A stretch of DNA of 64,000 nt, taken from contig JBAXBA010000001.1 in the NCBI GenBank assembly GCA_037142195.1, forward strand, positions 64,001 to 128,000. The letters are read 5' to 3'. Origin of the DNA: Pseudomonadota bacterium (lineage in GTDB: Bacteria > Bdellovibrionota_B > Oligoflexia > Oligoflexales > CAIMVM01). Below are positions 1 to 9,335 of the stretch, one piece after another. The notes beneath the pieces are model-generated. The model ran no database searches, had not been told where the DNA came from, and worked only from the letters and a program-made list of their open reading frames with translations. The translations under genes and the position numbers were made by a program. The first letter of the stretch is position 1; each line of letters starts with the position of its first letter.

Positions 1-2
1 TC

Positions 3-629
3 GACTTTGACGGGGTCATTGCTGATAGCATGAGCATGCATATGTCCGCCTGGTCCCGAGCTCATCAAGAGATTTTCGGCCGAGAACTTATGCAGATCCA
101 AAGAATTGCCGGTCTGGATTCGATCAAGATTGCACGAAAACTGGCCTTAGAAGCTCAAATGGCAGACCAATGGGAGCTTTTTTTGGCTAAAAAGCGCTCG
201 CTAGTCCTTGAGTTGGTGGATACTATTGAACTCCTTCCAGGTGCCAAGGACTTTCTTTCTCAGCTGCAAAAATCTAAAGTGCCTCACGGAATTTGCACCA
301 ATGCGAACAAAGCCTTTATTGAAAGGGTGCTGGGAAACCACAAAATCCCCATTCCTCTGCACATAACCGTAGACATGGTAGCTCGACCCAAGCCCCATCC
401 TGAGCCCTACCTTAAAACCGTCGAGCTTCTGGAAGTTCCCTTAGCCCAACAAAGTGATGTCATCGTTTTTGAGGATTCTAGGCACGGCCTCAGAGCAGCA
501 AAAGACGCCGGCCTCTATTGCATAGGGTTAACCACTATACATTCCAAGGAAGAACTGATTTCCGCAGGGGCCAAAAAGGTCTATGAAACCCTGGAAATGG
601 CTTTGAGGGATCTTCCCTTAAATCCATAG
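3..629 (+). CDS. HAD-superfamily hydrolase (beta-phosphoglucomutase/CbbY-like), 5'-truncated by the window edge
   Basis: The frame is open upstream of the ATG at 30 and reads DFDGVIADSM (HAD motif I) from position 3. Also CTNA (motif II), KPHPEPY (III) and VFEDSRHG (IV). Confidence 0.9.
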   Translation, partial: DFDGVIADSMSMHMSAWSRAHQEIFGRELMQIQRIAGLDSIKIARKLALEAQMADQWELFLAKKRSLVLELVDTIELLPGAKDFLSQLQKSKVPHGICTNANKAFIERVLGNHKIPIPLHITVDMVARPKPHPEPYLKTVELLEVPLAQQSDVIVFEDSRHGLRAAKDAGLYCIGLTTIHSKEELISAGAKKVYETLEMALRDLPLNP

Positions 630-1150
630 ATCCCTCTTATTTTGGTAAATAGCCCGCGAATTTTGGTACCGGACTCATAATATGCTACTGGCTGGCTCCT
701 CTCCTTGATTAGCACGCTAAGAATCCCATTTTTGAGCAGAAACGGGCCGGCAGAGGTTGAAAAATGGGAAGTTCAGAAGAATAATTTGATAGTCGTCCCT
801 GATCGACTTGTCTCCCAATCCATAAGACTTCAAATGGCAAGGGCAAGATATGGGCAAAAACACAAGACAGCAGGATCAAGCTTGACAAATAGGGAGCTAG
901 TGTGAAAACACAACACCGCGTTCGGTCGGCCGGTGGCTCAAACTACGTGAAATCGACTGGCTCAATCTCGTGAAATTCCCATAAGATTTCGACTTACTTT
1001 TTCTGCCCCTACCTTTTGTAGGCCGAATTTACTACTCCCAATTGGGACCAAGCAAGTCTGTTTTCTTTTTATAATTTACCGAGCAGTTTTGTATAAATGT
1101 TCGACAGGCCGCAACTTTGTAAATATCTAATTTCCCCATTAATCGCTGGT

Positions 1151-1162
1151 GGTTACGTAACC
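1151..1162. promoter_or_regulatory. 12-bp perfect palindrome GGTTACGTAACC, candidate operator of the lipid operon
   Basis: Self-reverse-complementary and about 70 nt upstream of the desaturase ATG. Confidence 0.35.
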
Positions 1163-1231
1163 TATAAGGCTTGGTTCGAGTCTTGCATTCGCATATTCCG
1201 AGTTCAGGTTTTTGAATTGGGGTGAACAGAT

Positions 1232-2281
1232 ATGTCGAACGAAACGCATTTGAAGAATACGAATGATGGTTTGACCCTAATGCAAATTCATTCCTTGAAA
1301 GAGGACCCTAGAAATCATGAGGGGCTATTGCAATTAAATGCCCTTCGTCAGAAATTTGAAGAAGATGGCCTTTTTCATGTATCGAGAGTTTGGGTTTGTA
1401 GTGAAATCTTAATCTGTCTGGCACTACACCTGCTCTGCTTCTTTTATTATAGGCAATACACTGCATTGTCCGTAATGCTCGATACGATAGTTTGCATACA
1501 TGTCGTTTGGTGGATTCATGATGCAGGTCATGAGGCCTATTTCAAAACTCAAAAGATAGCTCAGTTCGCTGCAGAGTCGATGGGCATAATTTTTTTAGGA
1601 ATGCCTCAGCTAGAATATCACTTTGACATTCATCGTCGGCACCATAGAAAGACTAACCTCTTAAAGCAGGATCCCGCTCTCGATACCGGGCCAGTCACTT
1701 GGCACCCTGCCCAGAGAAAATATGAATCGAAGCTCATTGCCATGTTACGGCCGGTTCTTTGGCTCGGAGTTATATTGCCATTTACCTGGCCAATTTTGAC
1801 TGTTCAATGCACTTGGATCCTCATGAAGCGCAAAAGTTGGCTGCGACTTTTGATAATCGCATTGCGCTGGGCCCTTTTTGTAGTTCTTTTCAAAGAGAAG
1901 TTGCTTCTGCTTATAATCCCTCCTCTAGTGACGGGTTTTGTTCTTGGACTATCAGCAAGTTTGAATCATTTTCATATGCCAATATGGCAGACAGAGAAGC
2001 CTTGGCTAAGCCGTGTTTTTATGTCTACTCAAAACATTCAACCTCAGAGCCGTTTTCTGGGCTGGCTGATGGGTGGGCTAAATTGCCATGTAGAACATCA
2101 TCTCTTTCCAAACATGCCGAGCCGTCATCTTCATAAGGCGTCTATTAGTGTTGAGCAGCTAGCGCAAAGACTCCGACTTCCCTACCATGCAAACGGGCTC
2201 CTGCCTTCATTTAACCTTTTGCTAAAAAAGTTGAATGAAAAAAACTCTCTAGCGTCCAATCGGGAGAATAAAAATGCGTAA
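1232..2281 (+). CDS. Membrane fatty acid desaturase family protein
   Basis: Three His boxes (HDAGH, HRRHH, HVEHHLFP), GGLN before box 3, several hydrophobic segments, no cytochrome b5 domain. Confidence 0.9.
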   Translation: MSNETHLKNTNDGLTLMQIHSLKEDPRNHEGLLQLNALRQKFEEDGLFHVSRVWVCSEILICLALHLLCFFYYRQYTALSVMLDTIVCIHVVWWIHDAGHEAYFKTQKIAQFAAESMGIIFLGMPQLEYHFDIHRRHHRKTNLLKQDPALDTGPVTWHPAQRKYESKLIAMLRPVLWLGVILPFTWPILTVQCTWILMKRKSWLRLLIIALRWALFVVLFKEKLLLLIIPPLVTGFVLGLSASLNHFHMPIWQTEKPWLSRVFMSTQNIQPQSRFLGWLMGGLNCHVEHHLFPNMPSRHLHKASISVEQLAQRLRLPYHANGLLPSFNLLLKKLNEKNSLASNRENKNA

Positions 2282-3344
2282 ATTTGAAAAAGTCATCAAA
2301 GAAGGGATGCGTCTTTCATCCGTTTTTCTTCCGCTGATTACGGTTGCAGGATTATACACCGGGGGGCTGTGGAGCTTTTCTGGTCTTTTTGCGGTTTTCG
2401 GTTTCTATCTCATTGTTGAAGTTTTTCTTGCTTCTACAGGGCTCGGAGTGGACACTACTTTTCATGAAGAACATGAAGAAAGTGAGAAAAAAATACTGTC
2501 CTTTTTGGATCTATATGGTCTAAAGATATTCTCCTTATTGCACTTGATGTCATTGGGCTTAGCTCTTGCGCTATTTTCGAAAACACCGTTTGGAATTGTT
2601 TGGATTGGCGGTATTCTATCGTTAGGAATTCAAGCAGGATCCGTCGGAGGTTTTGCAGGGCACGAATTCATGCACAGCAAAAATAATTTTGAAAGGCTAG
2701 TGGGAACGATCATATACGGAGCCATATATTATGCCCATTTTCGCATTTCCCACATCTACGGGCACCATCGAAATGTCGGCCTGGAGAGTGACTGGAGTAC
2801 GGCTCGAAGTGGAGAATCATACTATCATTTCTGGTATCGAGCTGTTGTCCACGGCTATTTGGGAGCTTGGGAATTGGAAAAAGAAAGATTACGAAGAAGG
2901 AAAAAGTCTTTTTTAAGCTATCATAACCGAGCACTATTGTACACAGGAAGCCAGCTACTGATGGTAGTTGCGGTCATCTTTTTGCTGAATTTTCAAGCCC
3001 TTTTAGCCCACTTGCTGATTTCTCTCGTAGCATGGTCTCAAATTGAAGCCATCAACTACATGTCTCACTATGGCCTAACAAGAAAGAAGGATACTTGGGG
3101 ACGTCCTGAAAAAGTATCTAGTAAGCACTCTTGGGAGTCTCCTAATAAGTCTACCAATTGGTTTGTATTTAATGCAGGCAAGCATTCTCACCATCACACT
3201 AATCAGACTGCTCAATTTCACGAACTTCGCATCGCTCACGAAGACCACTACATTCCCGTAGGACTCCCGGCAATGACCATTATTGCATTAATTCCGCCTC
3301 TGTATTACGCTTTAATGGATCCAAAAGTAGCACAGCGACGATAA
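2274..3344 (+). CDS. AlkB (alkane 1-monooxygenase)-like membrane di-iron enzyme, atypical
   Basis: GHEFMH, SHIYGHHRNVG..D.STARSGES, NYMSHYGL, HSWES and KHSHHH. RBS GGGAG; overlaps the upstream stop. Confidence 0.85.
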   Translation: MRKFEKVIKEGMRLSSVFLPLITVAGLYTGGLWSFSGLFAVFGFYLIVEVFLASTGLGVDTTFHEEHEESEKKILSFLDLYGLKIFSLLHLMSLGLALALFSKTPFGIVWIGGILSLGIQAGSVGGFAGHEFMHSKNNFERLVGTIIYGAIYYAHFRISHIYGHHRNVGLESDWSTARSGESYYHFWYRAVVHGYLGAWELEKERLRRRKKSFLSYHNRALLYTGSQLLMVVAVIFLLNFQALLAHLLISLVAWSQIEAINYMSHYGLTRKKDTWGRPEKVSSKHSWESPNKSTNWFVFNAGKHSHHHTNQTAQFHELRIAHEDHYIPVGLPAMTIIALIPPLYYALMDPKVAQRR

Positions 3345-3364
3345 ATTGCCAAAAGGGTTTCTAG

Positions 3365-4549
3365 GTGACTAAATTTCACACGGGATCTGTTCCAAGAGAA
3401 GAAGCTTTCAATCATGAACTTGCACGCCCAAGGTCTCGCTCTTATGCGCAGAAGGTCGTTGAAAAGCTTCTCAACGAGGCCGGTATTTCTGTCAATGGGA
3501 ATGAAGATTGGGATATTCAGGTTCACAACCATCGGTTCTACTCCGATGTGCTTTTGAGGCAAAGCCTAGGACTGGGCGAGTCCTACATGAGGGGGGATTG
3601 GTCGGCCAGGAGTCTTGACCTATTTATTGAAAAGCTTTTTCGCTCTGAAGTCAGTATCCGAAAACCTTATCCGGCAATTATTTTTCGGGAAACATTTAGT
3701 AGAATTTTAAATATGCAATCCCGACAAAGAGCAGCGCAGGTTTGTCAGATGCATTATGATCTCGACAATGATCTCTTCTGCAAAATGCTCGATGAAAGAA
3801 TGGTCTATACCTGTGCCTATTGGAACAATGCATCAACACTTGAGCAAGCACAGGTGAATAAACTAGAGCTCATTTGTAACAAGCTGGGGCTAGAGCCTGG
3901 CATGCGAGTTTTGGATATTGGCTGTGGATTTGGTTCTTTTATGAAATATGCCGCAGAGACACGGGGCGTCAGTTGCATAGGCTATTCGCTTTCGGAAAAG
4001 CAAACGTCCTATGGAAGAGATTCTTGTAAAGGTTTGCCAGTAGAATTTGTGCTTGATGATTATCGAAACATCAAAGGTAAATTTGATCGTGTCGTTTCCG
4101 TAGGAATGCTTGAAGCTGTAGGTCACAAAAATCTCTCTTCATTCATGTCTGTAGCTCATTCAGCCCTTTCTGAAGACGGCATAGCGTTGATTCACACGGT
4201 CGGTCACAATCACTCCACGGTTGTTGCTGATCCTTGGGTTGATAGATATATCTTTCCAAATGGACACTTGCCCTCCGTGTCTCAATTGGGCAGAGCCATA
4301 GAGAAAAAGTTTGTACTCGAGGACCTGCACAATTTTGGGCCCGACTATGTGCATACTTTACTCGAATGGAATCAGCGCTTTCAAAGAAATTGGCACACTT
4401 TAAAGAATCACTACAGTGAAGAATTCAAACGGATGTGGGAATTTTATCTGTTGTCGTTTGCGGGCGGTTTTCGCGCACGACGTTGGCAGCTTTTTCATCT
4501 AACCTTAACACCCATCGGGCGAGGCCAGCCCAAATGTCGAATCAGCTAA
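3365..4549 (+). CDS. cfa: Cyclopropane-fatty-acyl-phospholipid synthase / SAM-dependent fatty acid methyltransferase
   Basis: LGLGESYMRGDW, HYDL.NDLF, YTCAYW, VLDIGCGFG, VSVGMLEAVG, YIFPNG and MWEFYL, as in E. coli-type Cfa. GTG start. Confidence 0.93.
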   Translation: MTKFHTGSVPREEAFNHELARPRSRSYAQKVVEKLLNEAGISVNGNEDWDIQVHNHRFYSDVLLRQSLGLGESYMRGDWSARSLDLFIEKLFRSEVSIRKPYPAIIFRETFSRILNMQSRQRAAQVCQMHYDLDNDLFCKMLDERMVYTCAYWNNASTLEQAQVNKLELICNKLGLEPGMRVLDIGCGFGSFMKYAAETRGVSCIGYSLSEKQTSYGRDSCKGLPVEFVLDDYRNIKGKFDRVVSVGMLEAVGHKNLSSFMSVAHSALSEDGIALIHTVGHNHSTVVADPWVDRYIFPNGHLPSVSQLGRAIEKKFVLEDLHNFGPDYVHTLLEWNQRFQRNWHTLKNHYSEEFKRMWEFYLLSFAGGFRARRWQLFHLTLTPIGRGQPKCRIS

Positions 4550-5793
4550 GAATCGCGATCGTTGGCGGGGGAATTTCAGGAATAGCTGCTGCCCATAAGC
4601 TTTCCGAAAGATACTCTGTAACTCTATTTGAAGCCTCGGATTCCCTAGGAGGACATGCCCATGCTGAGACCATTTTGGTCGATGGCAACGAGATCAACGT
4701 AGACACGGCTTTTCTCATATTCAATAGTCGGACTTACCCACTATTTTCCTCGTTTGTAGAAGAGCTTGGTCTCTCAGGCCTGATAACGTCGGCGGAAATG
4801 TCCAGCTGTTTCGATTCGAAGAAAATAAGCTATTCCCTCGGACTGCCAAATCAAACCATCCGAACCTCTTTCAGACAGTTCACAAAACCTCAATTTATAC
4901 GCCTCTTTTTCGATTTGTGGAGATTTCGAAAGAATGCCGCGAAAGATTATAAGGATCTCGAACGCATAGAAGGTCTTTCCATTGGCATGTATCTCAAAAA
5001 TTACAGCATTACATTTAGAGAGCATTTCGCGCTTCCTTTAATGACTGCTATTTGGTCATTACCAGTTGAAGACGTAGAGCATCATCCCGCGGCCAACGTC
5101 ATTCGCTATTTTGGCAATCATTCACTTCTTGAAGGATCAAGCGATAGGCTTTGGCAAACCTTTTTAGGTTCAAGTCGAGTTTATATTGATGAGTTTAAGC
5201 GCCAATTTAGAGGAAAGGTACGATTAGGAACTCCTATTAAAAAAATAGTTCGCAGCTCGATGGATGCTGTATTGCATGGCTTTCAGGAAGATTTAGGACG
5301 ATTTGATCGGGTTATCCTTGCAACCCATGCAGACACAGCCCTTTCATTGTTAGAAATGCCAAGCCTTCTTGAAGAGAGACTTCTAGGAGCTTGGAAGTAT
5401 CGTAGTCAAGCTGTAACACTACATCACGACTCAAATGTATTACATAAAGACCCCAAGTATTGGGGCAGCTGGAATATGAATGGCTCAATGGATGGTTATC
5501 GCATTTCCTATTATTTAAACCGCCTTCAAAAACTCCCTGTCAGAACCCCTGTGATCTTAAGTTTAGGCGACCAAACCATCGATCCAAGATTAGTTCGAGC
5601 GAAATTCACTTATCGCCATCCAGTGTTCAGCGCAGAATCTGTTTCTACACAACCTTTATTGCCGCACTTAAACACTGGCATAACCGCATTTTGTGGCAGC
5701 TACTTTGGCTATGGCTTTCATGAAGACGGACTAAGATCAGGACTTGAAGCTGCGAAATCTCTTATGGATGATACCTCTAACAAGCCTTCATGA
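4534..5793 (+). CDS. FAD-dependent oxidoreductase (cfa-associated family, UfaD-like)
   Basis: Start revised to MSNQLRIAIVGGGISG (Rossmann motif). LGGHA, VDTAFLIFN.RTYP, ILATHAD.AL, YRHPVF and FCGSYFGYGFHEDGLRSG are typical of oxidoreductases found beside cfa genes. Confidence 0.88.
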   Translation: MSNQLRIAIVGGGISGIAAAHKLSERYSVTLFEASDSLGGHAHAETILVDGNEINVDTAFLIFNSRTYPLFSSFVEELGLSGLITSAEMSSCFDSKKISYSLGLPNQTIRTSFRQFTKPQFIRLFFDLWRFRKNAAKDYKDLERIEGLSIGMYLKNYSITFREHFALPLMTAIWSLPVEDVEHHPAANVIRYFGNHSLLEGSSDRLWQTFLGSSRVYIDEFKRQFRGKVRLGTPIKKIVRSSMDAVLHGFQEDLGRFDRVILATHADTALSLLEMPSLLEERLLGAWKYRSQAVTLHHDSNVLHKDPKYWGSWNMNGSMDGYRISYYLNRLQKLPVRTPVILSLGDQTIDPRLVRAKFTYRHPVFSAESVSTQPLLPHLNTGITAFCGSYFGYGFHEDGLRSGLEAAKSLMDDTSNKPS

Positions 5794-6273
5794 AGTTAAA
5801 TTTCCCCTATGTGTAAACGGCATTGCCATGGCAATATCGATCTCGGCGCCATTCATGATCAAATTTCATACTGAGGCTACTAATTTTGGAGAACTCAATC
5901 TTCTAAAGTAGGAGCTGATGTTGACTGTTTTGAGGCTGTTCCATACTTTCTCAACGCTACTGTTGGATTTCTCTAGTTTTCTCTTTGAAGCTTGAGTGGA
6001 TGCAACTTTGGCGGGCCGAGAAAATCGTCTTAGAAAACTACTTTATCGATCTAGCCCGAATTAGCCACCTTTCAAGTTGAAACGACTATTTTAAAAGTCC
6101 AGGCGGCAGGGAGAGATGGACGCCAAGAAATCATGGAATGACTTGAAATTAGTATTTCGGCATTAGGAGGTTTATATTTTGAAACCTTTTAATTTGAAGA
6201 TCAGAAGAATGATGAGAAGGTAAATGGCTGATGTCTCTACCGCACTTGAGAACTTTAGAATCCAACCTCTGAG

Positions 6274-6627
6274 TCAGTTCAAGGAGCCTGATGGTTCATC
6301 TTGCGTGGGTATCTTTAACTTATTGTCAATGGGAGCGACGCTTGAATTGACCTTTTGTGCACCTTTACGTCCGTCAGATTTTCGAGATTCCTTGATTATG
6401 GAATCCAAGAAATTTTGTGTCATTTGAGCAGATAGCCCAAGGTACTGAACTATCCTTTGGCCAGAGCTGATAGATAGATGATTATGTTCGTTAAAAACTT
6501 CACTAAATCTCGATGCCGAAATCTTGCAGTCGCGAGCAAAGGCTCGTAGCGAATACTTAGGGTTTCGAATGCGCCTTAAATTGAATTCCAGTCGTAACAT
6601 TTCGCGGTAATCGATTGACTTTGACAT
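6274..6627 (-). CDS. Short HTH protein resembling the N-terminal domain of the TIGR02147 family (possibly truncated)
   Basis: YREML..EFNLRRIRNPKYSLRAFARD..ISASRFSEVFN is characteristic of this family. Strong RBS AAGGAG. Confidence 0.7.
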   Translation of the reverse strand: MSKSIDYREMLRLEFNLRRIRNPKYSLRAFARDCKISASRFSEVFNEHNHLSISSGQRIVQYLGLSAQMTQNFLDSIIKESRKSDGRKGAQKVNSSVAPIDNKLKIPTQDEPSGSLN

Positions 6628-7008
6628 TTATTCTCCTTCTTGACCCAGGCAGACCTATCTACCTCCGAACAGTTGATATCTGGTGCTGCCAGAATGATCA
6701 ACACCCACAAATTTGGGTATCAAAAAGGTGCACCCAAAGCATCAATTCTAAGGTTACCCTTGGCTCGGCTTGACTGTGGGAGAGAGGTGGGAGAGCTAAA
6801 GAGCACCCCGATTTTGAAGGCGTAGCTGGGCACTGAATCTTGATTATATATTTAATTTCATACACTTGAAGAAGTCTGGTAGGGTTTGGTTTTAGGTTTG
6901 AAGAGTCACTTCATCAGTGACCCGGTCCTACTTTACTAGACTCTTAACTAGGACTTAAGGTCCAGAAGCTATTTGAGCTATCAGAACGCTTTACCTAGCC
7001 ATTATGTA

Positions 7009-8133
7009 CTATTTTTGTTTTCGATTGAGGCTGTTTCTAAGCTCCCGGCGTTTTAAGCCAAAATCGATCATTTGCCGAAGCAAAGTGGAGGAATCTAGAC
7101 CGGAAGCCTCCCAGAGCTTGGGATACTGAGAAATGGAAGTGAAACCAGGAAGTGTATTGACCTCGTTAAAATAGAATTTTCCCGTCTTCTTTTCCAGGAA
7201 CCAATCAATTCTAGCAATGCCGTAAAGTTGAAGTGCCTCGAAGGCTTTGACGGTCAGTTCACGGACATAGGCTTCACTTTTAGCGTCTATGGCTGCTGGC
7301 ACCTGAATCGTAGCTCCAGTTGCTGATAAGTATTTCGCTTCAAAGGTATAGAATTCGGCTGTAGCATTGATTTCCCCTGGTCTAGAAACCTCCGGAATGT
7401 AGGTACCTAGGGCAGCCAACTCTATCTCACGAATGTCGAGGCCCGTTTCGATTAATATCTTTTCATCAAACTCAAATGCAAGAGCAATAGCCCTTTCAAG
7501 TTCTTGTTGATGAGTGACTTTTGAAATGCCAACGGAACTTCCCAATGATGCCGGCTTCACATAAAGAGGAAAGCCCAAGTCCAATGCGGCTTTGAGAATG
7601 GAATCTTTGCCAAGACTCGACCATTTTTCGCGCCTGACAGCAAAGAAAGGTGCCACATTGAGTCCAGCTCTCTCGATTAGTATTTTTGCAATTTCTTTAT
7701 CCATCCCAATCGCAGAGCCTAAAGTATCTGGACCGATATAAGAAAAACCTGTCAACTCAAGAAAACCTTGAAGATTGCCATCCTCACCGTTGGTCCCATG
7801 GGTGACCATAAAAACGCAGATATCTTTAGTATTCAAAGATTTGCTAGTGAGCTTTTCCATGTAGGAAACGATTCTTGCGGCTGGATTCCAGGGTTTAGCA
7901 GGGTCCTCTTCAGGAAGACGCAAGTCCTTCAAAATAGGCAATGATTCTTGAGAAAGAGACAATAGTTTCTTCGGCTCTTGGGGGTGCCAAGCTCCCTCAC
8001 GGTCGATGCCCATCACACCTAAGCAAACATCCACTCGATTCATAAGGGTTTTGATAATAAAGTTTGCACTGCGACATGAAATTTCATGCTCAGAGGATTG
8101 CCCACCATAGATAACAAGAACAGGTGTCGCCAT
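7009..8133 (-). CDS. ddl: D-alanine--D-alanine ligase
   Basis: YGGQSSEHEIS, HGTNGEDG.LQG, MDK, VKPASLGSSVG, FYTFEAKY, NEVNTLPGFT.ISQYP. Confidence 0.97.
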   Translation of the reverse strand: MATPVLVIYGGQSSEHEISCRSANFIIKTLMNRVDVCLGVMGIDREGAWHPQEPKKLLSLSQESLPILKDLRLPEEDPAKPWNPAARIVSYMEKLTSKSLNTKDICVFMVTHGTNGEDGNLQGFLELTGFSYIGPDTLGSAIGMDKEIAKILIERAGLNVAPFFAVRREKWSSLGKDSILKAALDLGFPLYVKPASLGSSVGISKVTHQQELERAIALAFEFDEKILIETGLDIREIELAALGTYIPEVSRPGEINATAEFYTFEAKYLSATGATIQVPAAIDAKSEAYVRELTVKAFEALQLYGIARIDWFLEKKTGKFYFNEVNTLPGFTSISQYPKLWEASGLDSSTLLRQMIDFGLKRRELRNSLNRKQK

Positions 8134-8173
8134 TTTTTTCTCCCTTAGACTGTGTTTTGACTCCCTTTATAGT

Positions 8174-9286
8174 CTACCTGGATTCAAGCAAACTTTGAAC
8201 TGCATCGCCGATCAGTGTTGGTTCTACTTTATCAAAACACTTAGGCTCATTGGTACAGCTCTTCTTCCAACAGGGAGAGCACGTTACGTCGGATTGTATC
8301 TTCACTCCCCTATCATAGAGATCTACTTCTTGGATGCAGCTCACCCCAAACCAAGCTACCACCTTCTTTTTCAGACCAATGGCTATATGCATCCCAAGTG
8401 AACATCCCGAAAGGACAACATCGGCAGTATCCATCCAAAGTATGCCGCTTCGAAGTCCATCTTCAGTTGGCGTATTTACGACCATGGGGTCATCTAAAAA
8501 AAAGCTTTTCATGGACTCTTGACGCGAAGTGTCTTCTGGCCCACCCAAAAGTGCGACGGCATAGTCGGGAAAGCGATTTCGCCACTCACTAATGACTTGA
8601 ACTCCTCTTTCCACGGTAAATTTTTTGTAAGGAAATAGGAGCGAACAACCCGTGTTATAGCCAATAATGCCCGATTTACCCTGAAGAATGGCAGCTCTTC
8701 TTTCCCCGACTAGAATTTTTTCTTCTCTTGTAAGGTCAAGAATATATTCATCTCGCTTAAATGGGAGCCCCATCGACCTCGTAATCTGTTCATTTTCGGT
8801 CATTTGATTGATTTTAAACTTGAGCTCATCATTTAAACCAACATCATATTGATACTGAGCGTGAGGGGAAAAAGGAACAATATTTCCGAATGTGTCCAAT
8901 CCAAAGCCGTATTTTTTTTCTGCTCTTATGCTAGCTGAGAGTGCACCCGCCTCTATGGACTTATCCACACTAAACAAGACATCAAACTCTAGAAACTGAA
9001 TCGCCGCATGATTTTTGGGACTCAGAACCATGATACGGTCGATGTCAGGGTTATTTTGTAGAAGCGGAGAACACATAGGAAGAGTGATCCAAGTGATATG
9101 AACTCCCGGATACTTCTCTTTTATGGGCTTAAGCAAAACCGTCGATCTTAACACGGCCCCCATGGCTTCGAGACTCACAATGACGACACGCGTCCGAACC
9201 TGATCAAAATAAGGGCAGTTGGTGCAGGATCTTTTAAACTGGCATGGTTTGTAACCGTTGAAGTGGCGGCAATCTGTTCTGTACAT
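8174..9286 (-). CDS. Glycosyltransferase family 9 (ADP-heptose:LPS heptosyltransferase-like)
   Basis: AMGAVLRST..L..IKEKYP, LLGGPED, SLGMHIAIG and C-terminal CSPC. Cys-rich N-terminus. Confidence 0.88.
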   Translation of the reverse strand: MYRTDCRHFNGYKPCQFKRSCTNCPYFDQVRTRVVIVSLEAMGAVLRSTVLLKPIKEKYPGVHITWITLPMCSPLLQNNPDIDRIMVLSPKNHAAIQFLEFDVLFSVDKSIEAGALSASIRAEKKYGFGLDTFGNIVPFSPHAQYQYDVGLNDELKFKINQMTENEQITRSMGLPFKRDEYILDLTREEKILVGERRAAILQGKSGIIGYNTGCSLLFPYKKFTVERGVQVISEWRNRFPDYAVALLGGPEDTSRQESMKSFFLDDPMVVNTPTEDGLRSGILWMDTADVVLSGCSLGMHIAIGLKKKVVAWFGVSCIQEVDLYDRGVKIQSDVTCSPCWKKSCTNEPKCFDKVEPTLIGDAVQSLLESR

Positions 9287-9294
9287 CCTAACCC

Positions 9295-9303
9295 TGCTAT
9301 AAT
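9295..9303 (+). promoter_or_regulatory. Extended -10 promoter element (TGnTATAAT) for ldcA-mpl-pal
   Basis: TGCTATAAT lies in the 49-bp divergent gap, upstream of the GGGAG RBS and the TTG start. Confidence 0.55.
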
Positions 9304-9335
9304 GATTCGTATTGTTGTAATAGGGAGATTTTACC

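Noticed and set aside
705..905. 66-aa ORF in the leader of the lipid operon
   Set aside because: TTG start, no convincing RBS and no recognisable motif; probably spurious.
4435..4533. N-terminal extension of the FAD oxidoreductase ORF
   Set aside because: It overlaps cfa extensively; the Rossmann motif begins just after the ATG at 4534.
5870..6070. Possible gene remnant downstream of the lipid operon
   Set aside because: Only short open stretches on both strands, with no start signal or identifiable family.
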